Below the pieces are notes generated by a model. It saw nothing but the letters and a program-made list of their open reading frames with translations, had not been told where the DNA came from and made no database searches. This document shows, one piece after another, positions 1 to 8,947 of a stretch of 64,000 nt of DNA. The DNA is taken from contig JBAZYF010000004.1 in assembly GCA_041659505.1 (NCBI GenBank), forward strand, positions 14,922 through 78,921, in the 5' to 3' direction. The translations under genes were made by a program, and so were the position numbers. Within the stretch, counting starts at the first letter, position 1, and each line of letters starts with the position of its first letter. Source of the DNA: Parcubacteria group bacterium (GTDB lineage: Bacteria; Patescibacteriota; Minisyncoccia; Moranbacterales; UBA2206).

Positions 1-165
1 AAATACTTTTATGTCCATATTTTTTATAAAAATATTTAGATCTGATATCAAACGTGAATCAAAATTTAAAATTTCATTTAATGTTTTAGCATCATCCGAA
101 GTGCAAAGCATTTAGATGTAGCGGAGCGGAATCGCATATTCCGTGTGCGATGTGTCTGACAATTT

Positions 166-699
166 TTATGTTTTAAAATCCACCATCTTTTTATATTCCT
201 CTGAACTCATAATCTTTCTCATATCTGTGATTTTTTCAGTAAATTCAATGCCATCCAAATGATCATACTCGTGCTGGATTACACGACCAAGCATGCCACC
301 CGCATCAAGTCTAAATTTGTTGCCATTTTCATCACTAGCCTCGATAATTATTTTTTCTGGACGGCGGATGGGAGCGAAAAGCTTAGCATAGGCAACGCTA
401 CCACAGCCCTCATAAATCACGACTTGCTTTTTAGATGACCAGACAATCTCAGGGTTGATATATATGCGAAGTTTGTCGGTGGGCAGATTTCGGTATTTAG
501 TTTTACGAACCTCGGTAACAAATATTCTAAGCTTTTCCCCTATTTGCGAAGCTGCTATACCAATTAAGTCATGATAACGCATCGAATCAACTAAGTTCGT
601 TATTACTCATTGCGTTTCTTTCGCATCAACCTTGGCAACAAATTTAGATGGACGGGTTAAAATCGGATTACCTATTTGTATTATTTCTTTTATAATCAT
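166..699 (-). pseudogene. def: Peptide deformylase interrupted by one in-frame TGA (607..609)
   Basis: ORF 166..582 has GIAASQIG, EGCGS and QHEYDHLDG motifs. The frame extends upstream to ATG 699 (MIIKEIIQIGNPILTRPS...ETQ*VITNLVDSMRY), the normal Def N-terminus. Confidence 0.8.
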
Positions 700-717
700 G
701 GCTTTGAATTTAAATTT

Positions 718-1437
718 TCAAATTATCTTAGTGTCATTTATCACATCATAAACCAAATGAATAAATGAATTTTTCAAAACATTACATTCCTTCAGTTTCA
801 ACGCTTTTATATGTTTTAATTCTTTTTGAGTATGCAACGATTCTCCGTCAATTAGACTTGCTGTTTCTTTTCCTCCGATAAGACAGGGAGCGATAACAAT
901 AGACACCCGATCGATCAGATTGTTTCTCAAAAGCACCGCATTGAGCGTCCCGCCTGATTGAATAGTTAGCTTTTTTATTCCGTACTTACTTTTTAATTTT
1001 CTGAATAAATCAGGGAAATCGATCTTTTTTGGACACTGAAGCACCCTCAACCCATCCAGTTTCATTTTAATTGCTGGATGTGACTTTTCTGCTGTTACTA
1101 CCGTCAAAGAGTTAAATTTTTTTAAAAGATATTTTATGCCACGCATTTGCAAATTATGATTATCCACGATAATGCAGTTGGCGCAAAGCTTTTTTGGTTT
1201 ATCCTTTCTATTATTCACATCGAGCGACGGGCATTTTTTTGTCATTACTTTTCCTGTGATTAGAAAATGCAAATCCGTCTTTTTCTCTAAATCATAGTAT
1301 TGCTGTCTCCCCTCCTTTACGCCCTTGATTTTTTGGTAATCCGTGTCAGTATCCATGGCGTCAGTATCCCCTGTGGAAATTTTTCCATCAAGGGACGAAA
1401 GCATGAATAGCGTTGTGATTGGTCGAGTTTTGTCCAT
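718..1437 (-). CDS. RibD C-terminal / dihydrofolate reductase-like family protein
   Basis: SSLDGKI, IQSGGTLN and LIDRVSIVIAPCLIGG motifs typical of RibD_C reductases. Confidence 0.8.
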   Translation of the reverse strand: MDKTRPITTLFMLSSLDGKISTGDTDAMDTDTDYQKIKGVKEGRQQYYDLEKKTDLHFLITGKVMTKKCPSLDVNNRKDKPKKLCANCIIVDNHNLQMRGIKYLLKKFNSLTVVTAEKSHPAIKMKLDGLRVLQCPKKIDFPDLFRKLKSKYGIKKLTIQSGGTLNAVLLRNNLIDRVSIVIAPCLIGGKETASLIDGESLHTQKELKHIKALKLKECNVLKNSFIHLVYDVINDTKII

Positions 1438-1499
1438 GTTATTACGTAATCTATTACTTACCTCTCAATTTTACTCGGCTTTTCACTTTTTGGCAAAAC

Positions 1500-1528
1500 A
1501 AAAAAATCCCAAATAATTGGGATTTTTT
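1500..1528 (-). terminator. Rho-independent terminator downstream of the tRNA locus
   Basis: Hairpin aaaaaatccca-aataa-ttgggatttttt with A/T tracts on both sides. Confidence 0.6.
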
Positions 1529-1531
1529 ACT

Positions 1532-1590
1532 TGGTAGCCCCAAGGAGAGTCCCTGCCTACCGGCAGGCAGGGAACTCCTCTTTCCAGGAT
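1532..1590 (-). pseudogene. 3' half of a second tRNA-Glu-like gene with a 20-bp palindrome in its T-loop
   Basis: Minus strand reads ATCCTGG AAAG AGGAG TTC[cctgcctgccggtaggcagg]GACT CTCCT TGGGGCT A CCA: anticodon 3' strand, T-arm, acceptor strand and CCA. Confidence 0.75.
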
Positions 1591-1612
1591 AACCTGCCCG
1601 CTGAAATGATTG

Positions 1613-1687
1613 TACCGCGTATGGGATTCGAACCCATGATTTCCAGGATGAGAACCTGGCGTCCTGACCGGGCTAGACGAACGCGGC
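1613..1687 (-). tRNA. tRNA-Glu (CTC)
   Basis: Cloverleaf: acceptor GCCGCGT/ACGCGGT, anticodon arm CCAGG-TTCTCAT-CCTGG, T-arm ATGGG-TTCGAAT-CCCAT; CCA not encoded. Confidence 0.95.
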
Positions 1688-1699
1688 ATATAAATTGGC

Positions 1700-1735
1700 C
1701 CTGCCCGCAATGCTACGCATAGCGTTGCAGGCGGG
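1700..1735. repeat. 36-bp palindromic element (intergenic copy; sister copy inside nrdD)
   Basis: cctgcccgcaatgctacgcatagcgttgcaggcggg; 30/36 identical to 30960..30995. Confidence 0.75.
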
Positions 1736-1781
1736 CAAAATACCTAAAATTCAGTTTATCAGCAATCGAAAGATTTATCAA

Positions 1782-1806
1782 GTAGAGACGTAGCATTGCT
1801 ACGTCT
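1782..1806. repeat. GTAG-type REP-like hairpin
   Basis: GTAG followed by palindrome agacgtagca-t-tgctacgtct. Confidence 0.6.
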
Positions 1807-1823
1807 GTGTCCCTACCGAATAA

Positions 1824-3479
1824 TCATTCCCTGACCGACATTACATAAAAAATATACTTGTTTTTATTGAAAGTATACTTGTCTGTTATTAGATTCGGGC
1901 ATTTCGCTCGATATTGGTCGCGGATCCATTGGTCGGATTCTTGAAAAACAAGTTGCACGTCCTCACAGTTAATCTGATTCAGTCCGTCGAACGGACGATA
2001 AAATATATATTCTTTTATTTTCGGATAAGCGATATATTCTGTCGTTTTGAGACTCGTGTCTTTACCGCCCGCTTTGATCGAAGTATTATAGGCCGTAATG
2101 ACATAATTATTTTTATGCACATCCAGATCTTTGATCAAAAGTCCCATCAGATAGAGTTTCCGTTCAAAACCGCCAGCCGTGCGCAGATCATTCGCCCAAG
2201 GTCCGAAATAGACGTAAACCTGGAGAAAGCCACTAACAATAATCACCGCGACAAGCCCAAGCATAAATGTTAATGTCATATTGGTACTTTTCCCTCGTAA
2301 AGTCACGTCGCTTGAATCGCGCATCTTGCGATAAATCTTCAGAATATATTCCATCGGAAAAACACAAAACAGAAACACGCCCGGAATCATCCCGATGATC
2401 CGCAAAGAATGAGGAATGCCTTCAATGCTAAGGACTCCCGGAATAAGCATCACCCAAAAGATAGCCTGCGCTAGGATGGCGGGATAAAATAAGCCAGAAG
2501 GACTAAATTCCGTACCTTTTTCGGTGTTTTTTCTAAGTTTTATTTTCCGGATCGTATTTTCAATGATTTCTTTCACGCTGATAATAAAACCCAGCACGAA
2601 AAAGGCCACCCAACCGGCGGGAATGAGCGGTTGGCCGTTATAGTTGTGGCGTGGATTATTGTCTCCGTGTACAAAAAAAGCTTGCAGATGACTCCAGAGA
2701 CTTTTGAAAAACGCTTGCGTAGCAGTCAATTTTCCTGGATGAAAAACAGAAACGGTCTGGCTTCGGAATAAAAATTCGGCCCAATGCGTATAGAAATAGA
2801 AAAAAATAGGCAGGGCGCAAGCGATACTGATAGAAATAAACAATAAGATTACTTTCCAATTTTTCTTGAGCCAACCCTTTTCAAATAAAATATAGAATAA
2901 GCCAAAGATGATAAAAATGAGTGGCGCCACGCGAAAAGCGATGTAGGAATAGAAACCCAAACCAAGGAAAATCCCCGACGAAATAAACAGCCAATAGCTC
3001 TTTCTATTTAGCCCGCGCAAGAGAAAAAAGAGCGCCCAAACCAAGCAGAATGGAACCATGATCGCGCGAAAGGCAGTACGAGAAAAATCCAAATGCCAGA
3101 AAGAAAAAGATAGCATAAAAATTCCCAACAGCACAGAAAGGCGGGACAGTTTGAGTTCGCGCAAAAGAAAATAAAAACCAATTAGTGTCAGCGAACCCCA
3201 CATCGCATTGGCCAGGCGCAGCGAAAGACTGCTCACACCGAACAATTTAATAAACATGGCAGTAACATTGATGTGCAATCCTTCCCGACCAGTATTTTCC
3301 GGATAAAATATTTTGTAATCCCCGGTTTCAATCGCACGGATCGCATCGATTCCATTATACGCCTCATCATATTGAATGCCCGGCGGAAGCACATCCAACT
3401 TCCAAAAACGCAAAAAAATTCCCGCAGTGAGAATTAGGATGACTAAAAAATAAAATATTTTCGTGTCTTTTTTTTGCAT
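1824..3479 (-). CDS. Membrane glycosyltransferase, GT-C fold (ArnT/PMT family)
   Basis: LRFWKL...PPGIQYDEAYN N-terminal motif and many transmembrane helices. Confidence 0.8.
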   Translation of the reverse strand: MQKKDTKIFYFLVILILTAGIFLRFWKLDVLPPGIQYDEAYNGIDAIRAIETGDYKIFYPENTGREGLHINVTAMFIKLFGVSSLSLRLANAMWGSLTLIGFYFLLRELKLSRLSVLLGIFMLSFSFWHLDFSRTAFRAIMVPFCLVWALFFLLRGLNRKSYWLFISSGIFLGLGFYSYIAFRVAPLIFIIFGLFYILFEKGWLKKNWKVILLFISISIACALPIFFYFYTHWAEFLFRSQTVSVFHPGKLTATQAFFKSLWSHLQAFFVHGDNNPRHNYNGQPLIPAGWVAFFVLGFIISVKEIIENTIRKIKLRKNTEKGTEFSPSGLFYPAILAQAIFWVMLIPGVLSIEGIPHSLRIIGMIPGVFLFCVFPMEYILKIYRKMRDSSDVTLRGKSTNMTLTFMLGLVAVIIVSGFLQVYVYFGPWANDLRTAGGFERKLYLMGLLIKDLDVHKNNYVITAYNTSIKAGGKDTSLKTTEYIAYPKIKEYIFYRPFDGLNQINCEDVQLVFQESDQWIRDQYRAKCPNLITDKYTFNKNKYIFYVMSVRE

Positions 3480-3531
3480 AATATAAAAAAATCATCATCT
3501 TGAGGGGAATACTGATTTTTTATTAACACAA

Positions 3532-3666
3532 GGCTTGCGTATTTGCCTAAAAAAAGTTCGCACGTTCATCCTTCTTAGCATCCAAAGTGTCCGGTAGACC
3601 AGCAAGGGATAGCCAATGCTAGGAAACCGTGCTCTCGAGAACTTTTTTCAGGTAAATATGCAAGTC
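3532..3666. repeat. Long hairpin / MITE-like element, family A copy 1
   Basis: About 26-bp imperfect terminal inverted repeat (cttgcgtatttgcctaaaaaaagttc / gaacttttttcaggtaaatatgcaag); interior homologous to 21196..21332. Confidence 0.75.
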
Positions 3667-3681
3667 AGAAAAATATTGAAG

Positions 3682-6033
3682 CTATTGAATTATCTTTCCT
3701 CCTTTACCCACTTGATCAATCTTAACCGAAAGCAATTTCGACATTCCGTCTTCCCCCATCGTCACGCCATACAGGAGCGACGCTTGACGCATTGTTTCGC
3801 GGTTGTGTGTGATGATTATAAATTGTGTCGAGTCAGAAAGATCTTGGATGATCCGGCCGAAACGCTTGGAATTCGCCTCGTCCAATGCCGCTTCCACTTC
3901 ATCCAGGATAGAAAATGGTGGTGGATTGTGGGCAATAATCGCAAATAGTAAGGCCAAAGATGTCAGTGAGCGCTCTCCGCCAGAAAGCATCGCAAGACTG
4001 GCGATTTTTTTGCCGGCCGGACAAGCGGTGATATCAATACCGATTTCATCTTTGTTGTCAGCATCTTCCTCGATTGCATCTGGCGCCCCTTCCACTTCAC
4101 CTTCCTGCTGGGCAACTTCTTCTTCCGAAAGATCTTCTTTTGTCCGCCGCGCTTTAATTTTAACTTTCGTCAGATGCGCGTCCCCTCCGCCAAAAATGAT
4201 GCGGAAATATTTGGAAAATTCCCGGTTGATTTCATCAAAGGTTTCGTGAAATTTCTCATTCACTTTTTTCTCCATTTCTTTGATTACTTCGCGCAGCGAC
4301 ACCAATGCATTTTCCAAATCGGCTGATTCGGTCGTCAAAAATTGGAAGCGTTTTTCCGTCTCATCATATTCTGTCACCACCAATGGATCGATGCCACCGA
4401 TCTGTTCCATCTGAAATTTCAACTTGGCAATTTCTCGTTCCAAAGAAAATTGGTCGACAATTTCCAGCTTCTTTTCCAGCAGTTCCGCTTCCACTTTCAA
4501 TTCTTCCAAGATACGCGCCCGTAGATCTTCCTCACGCACCTCGATCTTAGCCAATGAAATCTTAAAATCATTAAACTTATCCTTGAAAGAATTAGCCTCA
4601 TCTTGTTTCAAGCGCAACTCTCGCTCAAGCTGAAAAAATTGCTGACGTTTTTGACGATCCAAGGTAATTTCCGCTTGAATTTCCCCTACAATTTTTCGCA
4701 ATTCTTCTTCGAGCGTTTTAATTTCCGCGCGTACTCGCACTGATTTGGCCTTAAGGTCAATGATGGCTTGCGAATCAACGGAAACAACAACTTCCACCGG
4801 TTTTGTTTCCACTTTTTTCACTGGAGCAGGCGTTTCCTTTTTGCCTTTTTCAATATCCCCGCGTAACTCAGTCAGTTTCTGTTGGATCTTCTTCGCCAAT
4901 TCCCGCACTACTTCAATATCTTTCAAATCTTTGGCCACGTTTAACTTTTGCACCAAAATTTCTTGATCCCGCCTGATCTCTTCCAAATTGCCTTTGACAT
5001 AGCTCAGATCGACCGGCTGGCTCTGAATCTTGATTTCTTCGATAATTTGGATGCTTTTTTGCTTTTCCTTTTCCAACTCGATCCGTCCCTCAGAAATGAT
5101 CAACTCGCGCTCCAACTCGTTCAGGCGACTTCTTTTTTCCCGTTGGATTTTTTCCAATTCCTGCAAAGTTTCATTAGTCTTTTCCTCCTTGGAACGCCGA
5201 TTAACTTCATCCATTAGCTTATCCGCTTCGCGCTGAATATTCATCATTCTCGCCCCAAATGTGTCTTTTTCTTCATTGAGCCTGACCTTGTCATCATTAA
5301 ATTTGTTCCAAAGATAAGTATAGAGCTTGGTCTGCTTTTCTTTCAGATCTTTGGAAACTATCTCGCTTTGCGCCGCTTTTTCTGCTTGGCGTTTGAGAAC
5401 CTTGAGGTGCGGCTTGATTTCTTCAATCAGTTCGCCTACGCGTACCAAATTCGCCTTGGTTGTTTCCAGTTTCCGCAGTGACCGTTCTTTTTTGATCTGA
5501 TACTGCTTCACTCCCGCCGCTTCCTCAATCACAAACCGGCGATCAAGCGGGGTGGCATTCAAGACTGAGTCCGCCATACCTTGATTGATAATGGCATGGC
5601 TTTCTTTCCCCACGCCGGCCTTGGCTAAAATATCCACGATATCTTGCAGTCTAACTCGAGAATTGTTGACCAAATATTCACTCTCACCACTGCGAAAAAT
5701 TTTGCGACAAATCGCTACCTCATCAAATTCGAGTGGCAAACGTTTTTCGCTGTTGTCAAAATAGAGCGTGACTTGCGCACTGCCCAATTTAGCTTTTTTT
5801 CCCGATCCGGCAAAAATGATGTCTTCCGATTTTTTACTGCGCAGATTTTTCATCGATTGCTCCCCAATCACCCAACGCATCGCGTCAGCAATATTGGATT
5901 TCCCCGAACCGTTCGGTCCGACAATCGCGGTTATCCCTTGCGCTCCGCCGTCGCTTGCAGACGCCGAAAAATCCAACACCGTTTTTGATGCGAAAGATTT
6001 GAATCCATTGATTTCCAGTTTTTTGAGAAACAT
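3682..6033 (-). CDS. smc: Short SMC-family chromosome segregation ATPase (783 aa)
   Basis: GFKSF, Walker A GPNGSGKSN, signature LSGGE, Walker B ILDEVEAALD and coiled coils; scpA/scpB lie in the same window. Confidence 0.85.
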   Translation of the reverse strand: MFLKKLEINGFKSFASKTVLDFSASASDGGAQGITAIVGPNGSGKSNIADAMRWVIGEQSMKNLRSKKSEDIIFAGSGKKAKLGSAQVTLYFDNSEKRLPLEFDEVAICRKIFRSGESEYLVNNSRVRLQDIVDILAKAGVGKESHAIINQGMADSVLNATPLDRRFVIEEAAGVKQYQIKKERSLRKLETTKANLVRVGELIEEIKPHLKVLKRQAEKAAQSEIVSKDLKEKQTKLYTYLWNKFNDDKVRLNEEKDTFGARMMNIQREADKLMDEVNRRSKEEKTNETLQELEKIQREKRSRLNELERELIISEGRIELEKEKQKSIQIIEEIKIQSQPVDLSYVKGNLEEIRRDQEILVQKLNVAKDLKDIEVVRELAKKIQQKLTELRGDIEKGKKETPAPVKKVETKPVEVVVSVDSQAIIDLKAKSVRVRAEIKTLEEELRKIVGEIQAEITLDRQKRQQFFQLERELRLKQDEANSFKDKFNDFKISLAKIEVREEDLRARILEELKVEAELLEKKLEIVDQFSLEREIAKLKFQMEQIGGIDPLVVTEYDETEKRFQFLTTESADLENALVSLREVIKEMEKKVNEKFHETFDEINREFSKYFRIIFGGGDAHLTKVKIKARRTKEDLSEEEVAQQEGEVEGAPDAIEEDADNKDEIGIDITACPAGKKIASLAMLSGGERSLTSLALLFAIIAHNPPPFSILDEVEAALDEANSKRFGRIIQDLSDSTQFIIITHNRETMRQASLLYGVTMGEDGMSKLLSVKIDQVGKGGKIIQ

Positions 6034-6157
6034 TAAACCAATCCTGTCTAAAGAATTATTTTCTAACTAATTCCACCCATCTTACTACATTATTATAGTA
6101 CTACACTTTTAGAGAAAAATAAACCCCCAACAGCGTTGACAAAATACTTCCTTGGAT

Positions 6158-7405
6158 TTATTTCAAATCCAAGAGCCATTTCCAAGCAGGAATTATTTCG
6201 ATTTTTTTCTTTCCGCTTTTTCTTTCCCCTTCCAGGCTCTCAGTGATAATTATGCCTTTTGTGAGTTTGAATTTTTCCATTGCCTCCAAGAGACCGGACA
6301 CCTCCCTGTCCGCAGTTTTTGGCTCCGCCAAGCTCAGCGTCACCTGAATCGCTTCACTAATTTTCAGGCCTTTTTTGACAATAAAATCACATTCTTTTTT
6401 GCCCTTATAATAATAGACCTCCATCCCTCGTCTTTTTAGCTCTAAAAAAATCAGATTTTCCAACATCTTTCCGGAATCGCCGGAAAAGGAAAATGCCACG
6501 GAATTTCGCAGACCATTATCAATAGCATACATTTTCTTGTTTGAAACATACTGCTTTTTCAAAGAAAAATCATACTTGAAAAGCTCGAAGGCTAAATAGC
6601 TTTCCGCAATAAATTCGATGTAATTTTTCACCGTTGTGGCGCTCTTTATCCCCAAAAAATTCTTAAGCGAATTATAGCTAATCTCGCTCGTGATATTGGT
6701 GAACAAATAATTGACCAGCGATTTGAAATTTTTGGTTTCCCGGATCTTAAAGCGTGCCAGAAGATCGCGATAAACAATATCCTCAAATATCTGCTTGGTT
6801 ATTTCACCATCTTTAGTTTTGACAAACTCGGGAAATCCACCACCGAACAGATATTGCTCAAAATATTTCAGCACTTCCACTTCTTTTTTCGTTCCTTCCT
6901 GTTCAATCGAAACAGAATGGAAATGCAGGAATTCCTTGAAGGAAAAAGGGTACAGTTCTATTTTCAAATACCGCCCGGTGAGGTGCGTCGCCAATTCGCC
7001 ACTAAGCAATTTCGCATTTGATCCGGTTAGAAAAATTTTATAACCTTCTTCGAAAATTCTCCGCACAAAGCGTTCCCATTTCGGCACATTTTGGATCTCA
7101 TCGAGCAAGATCACTTTTGTGTTTGATCTCTTTTGAAAAGCAACCATCAGATTTTGAAAATCCGCCACGGTAAAATCTACTAATCTTTCATCATCGAAAT
7201 TAAGATAGTGGAAGGCCGGATAATGCAAGGAAAATTGCTTGAGTAAAGTTGACTTACCAGCGCGCCGAATTCCCGAGATCACGGTTATTTGTTTTGTTTT
7301 CAGATATTTTTCAAAATCAACATCACGCAATGTTCCCGGTTTTTTTTCACGAAACGTTTCTGCTTGATCGCTGATTACCCGTCCCAAAAAGCCTAAATCT
7401 AGCAT
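6158..7405 (-). CDS. AAA+ ATP-binding protein (DUF4143-type)
   Basis: GIRRAGKST, LLDEIQ, LTGSNAKLLS, LTGR, KMYAIDNGL, ENLIFLEL and ECDF motifs. Confidence 0.85.
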   Translation of the reverse strand: MLDLGFLGRVISDQAETFREKKPGTLRDVDFEKYLKTKQITVISGIRRAGKSTLLKQFSLHYPAFHYLNFDDERLVDFTVADFQNLMVAFQKRSNTKVILLDEIQNVPKWERFVRRIFEEGYKIFLTGSNAKLLSGELATHLTGRYLKIELYPFSFKEFLHFHSVSIEQEGTKKEVEVLKYFEQYLFGGGFPEFVKTKDGEITKQIFEDIVYRDLLARFKIRETKNFKSLVNYLFTNITSEISYNSLKNFLGIKSATTVKNYIEFIAESYLAFELFKYDFSLKKQYVSNKKMYAIDNGLRNSVAFSFSGDSGKMLENLIFLELKRRGMEVYYYKGKKECDFIVKKGLKISEAIQVTLSLAEPKTADREVSGLLEAMEKFKLTKGIIITESLEGERKSGKKKIEIIPAWKWLLDLK

Positions 7406-7514
7406 AATATTATTAACTTTAGTAATGTTGATAATTTAAGCATATCAACATTAGTATTATACATAAATTATGTGAACCCGTCAAGCCAATTTCGCTCACC
7501 CTCCTATTTTCAAT

Positions 7515-8933
7515 CTATTCCACACTCAATCCGCTCGGCGCAGTTGGCGAAACAGTATCAGCCTCTCCTTGCAATGGATGCGGATAAGTATATGGAGCGT
7601 ATCCCAAATATGCATTATCTCCTGTCGCAGTAAAAACCATATTGCCTGCGTTAGGGTAAACACTGCCGTCAGTCGGATAGCTGGCTGATGCGCCATTCGC
7701 TCCGGTGAAAGTTTCTTTGCCATGTGTGCAGACATTGCCATATCCATCGGTGGTGTCACCTGCTGCGCATGGGGCGTGGAGGAAAAAATCGCGATCTTGC
7801 AAGAGTCCGGCACTAACATGAGGCGAAGCTTCAACATAGCCATACTCTCCATCATTAAAATCAGCTCCCCGATAAGTATTGTTCCACATAAAAGAATTAT
7901 GCACCTGGTCTTCGGCCGGCCAAGCTGTTCGCAGGATTGACCAATTATCGCTGTAATATTCCTCCTCTTGAAAATAGATCCTTGGATTATATTGAACCGT
8001 TCCCGTGATGGAATTATTAAAAATCAGATTGGCAGAGCCCCGAGTCAAAAACATAAAATCAATTCGCTTGCCATGCTCGACGTTATTATAGAACTCGATA
8101 ACTGATTGACCCCTTCTCTGACAAGAACCGGCTTCCCAATAGCCTGCTCCGCCACAGCCACCATCAGCACTGCCATGAGCCATAAAAGGTGTATAAGTGC
8201 CTACTTCATCCGGTATATCATCAGCATCAAACTCATTATGCCGAACAACCAGTTTTCCGCCATTGAAAGTCGCTATTTGCTCTTGCGTGTAGCCAAGAGT
8301 GTAACTGGCATTGGTAACAAAATGATTATCCTCAACATACAGAGCGTCGGATGTTCCAGCTGCTAGCGAGCTCCAAGATGCATCAGCATTGGTTCGACTG
8401 CCCGAACTAAACTCGACGCCAATTACCGGATTATAAAAATAGTTATGATCAATCAGTCCTTTTAGATGATCAAACAATATTGGCTTGCTGCCAAAGTGAA
8501 AAATATTATTATCAATTCTAATTTCACCACCAGAAATACCACCTTGCATTTCATGCACAAAAATAGCAGCTTCTGGAGTCGCGTTTACCATTTGAAAGGT
8601 AAAATCAGTGATGCGCACCAGACTGCTCGCAGTGAAACCGGTAATGTTGAAAAATCCGTTCGGCATTGTTCCGCCGGCGGTGAGCGTTGTTTCATTACCC
8701 AAAATAGTCACCGCCTTCCCTACTGTAAGCGCTGATGACCAAGTGCACGCTCCGCTGACTGGAAAAGCAATTGTGTCTCCAGTTGATGCGGCATTGTAAG
8801 CCGTTGTGACATCCGCCAAGGAGCAACTGCCGGCAGTATGCGTGTCTGCAAGAGAATTCCTTGCCACCCCAAACACCCCACAAAAAATGATTGCGAGAAA
8901 GAATATTTTTAGTTTTAGATTTTTGATTGACAT
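7515..8933 (-). CDS. Secreted beta-helix-like protein, array member 1
   Basis: Shared signal peptide, Asn-rich beta-helix-like repeats, C-terminus YTYPHPL...DTVSPTAPSGLSVE; close paralog of 17058..18566. Confidence 0.75.
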   Translation of the reverse strand: MSIKNLKLKIFFLAIIFCGVFGVARNSLADTHTAGSCSLADVTTAYNAASTGDTIAFPVSGACTWSSALTVGKAVTILGNETTLTAGGTMPNGFFNITGFTASSLVRITDFTFQMVNATPEAAIFVHEMQGGISGGEIRIDNNIFHFGSKPILFDHLKGLIDHNYFYNPVIGVEFSSGSRTNADASWSSLAAGTSDALYVEDNHFVTNASYTLGYTQEQIATFNGGKLVVRHNEFDADDIPDEVGTYTPFMAHGSADGGCGGAGYWEAGSCQRRGQSVIEFYNNVEHGKRIDFMFLTRGSANLIFNNSITGTVQYNPRIYFQEEEYYSDNWSILRTAWPAEDQVHNSFMWNNTYRGADFNDGEYGYVEASPHVSAGLLQDRDFFLHAPCAAGDTTDGYGNVCTHGKETFTGANGASASYPTDGSVYPNAGNMVFTATGDNAYLGYAPYTYPHPLQGEADTVSPTAPSGLSVE

Positions 8934-8947
8934 TTTTTAGTTAAAAA

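Noticed and set aside
85-165. Possible integron attC site downstream of def
   Set aside because: Weak imperfect hairpin without RYYYAAC/GTTRRRY ends, and no integrase in the window.
607-609. TGA-to-Gly/Trp genetic code reassignment
   Set aside because: Only one internal TGA was seen; the other genes are full length under code 11 and several end in TGA.
1483-1722. ORFs 1483..1710 and 1531..1722
   Set aside because: They overlap the tRNA-Glu and tRNA fragment and are spurious translations.
5935-5970. Possible palindromic insertion in smc (SASASDGGA)
   Set aside because: Self-complementarity is weak and the position is a naturally variable loop.
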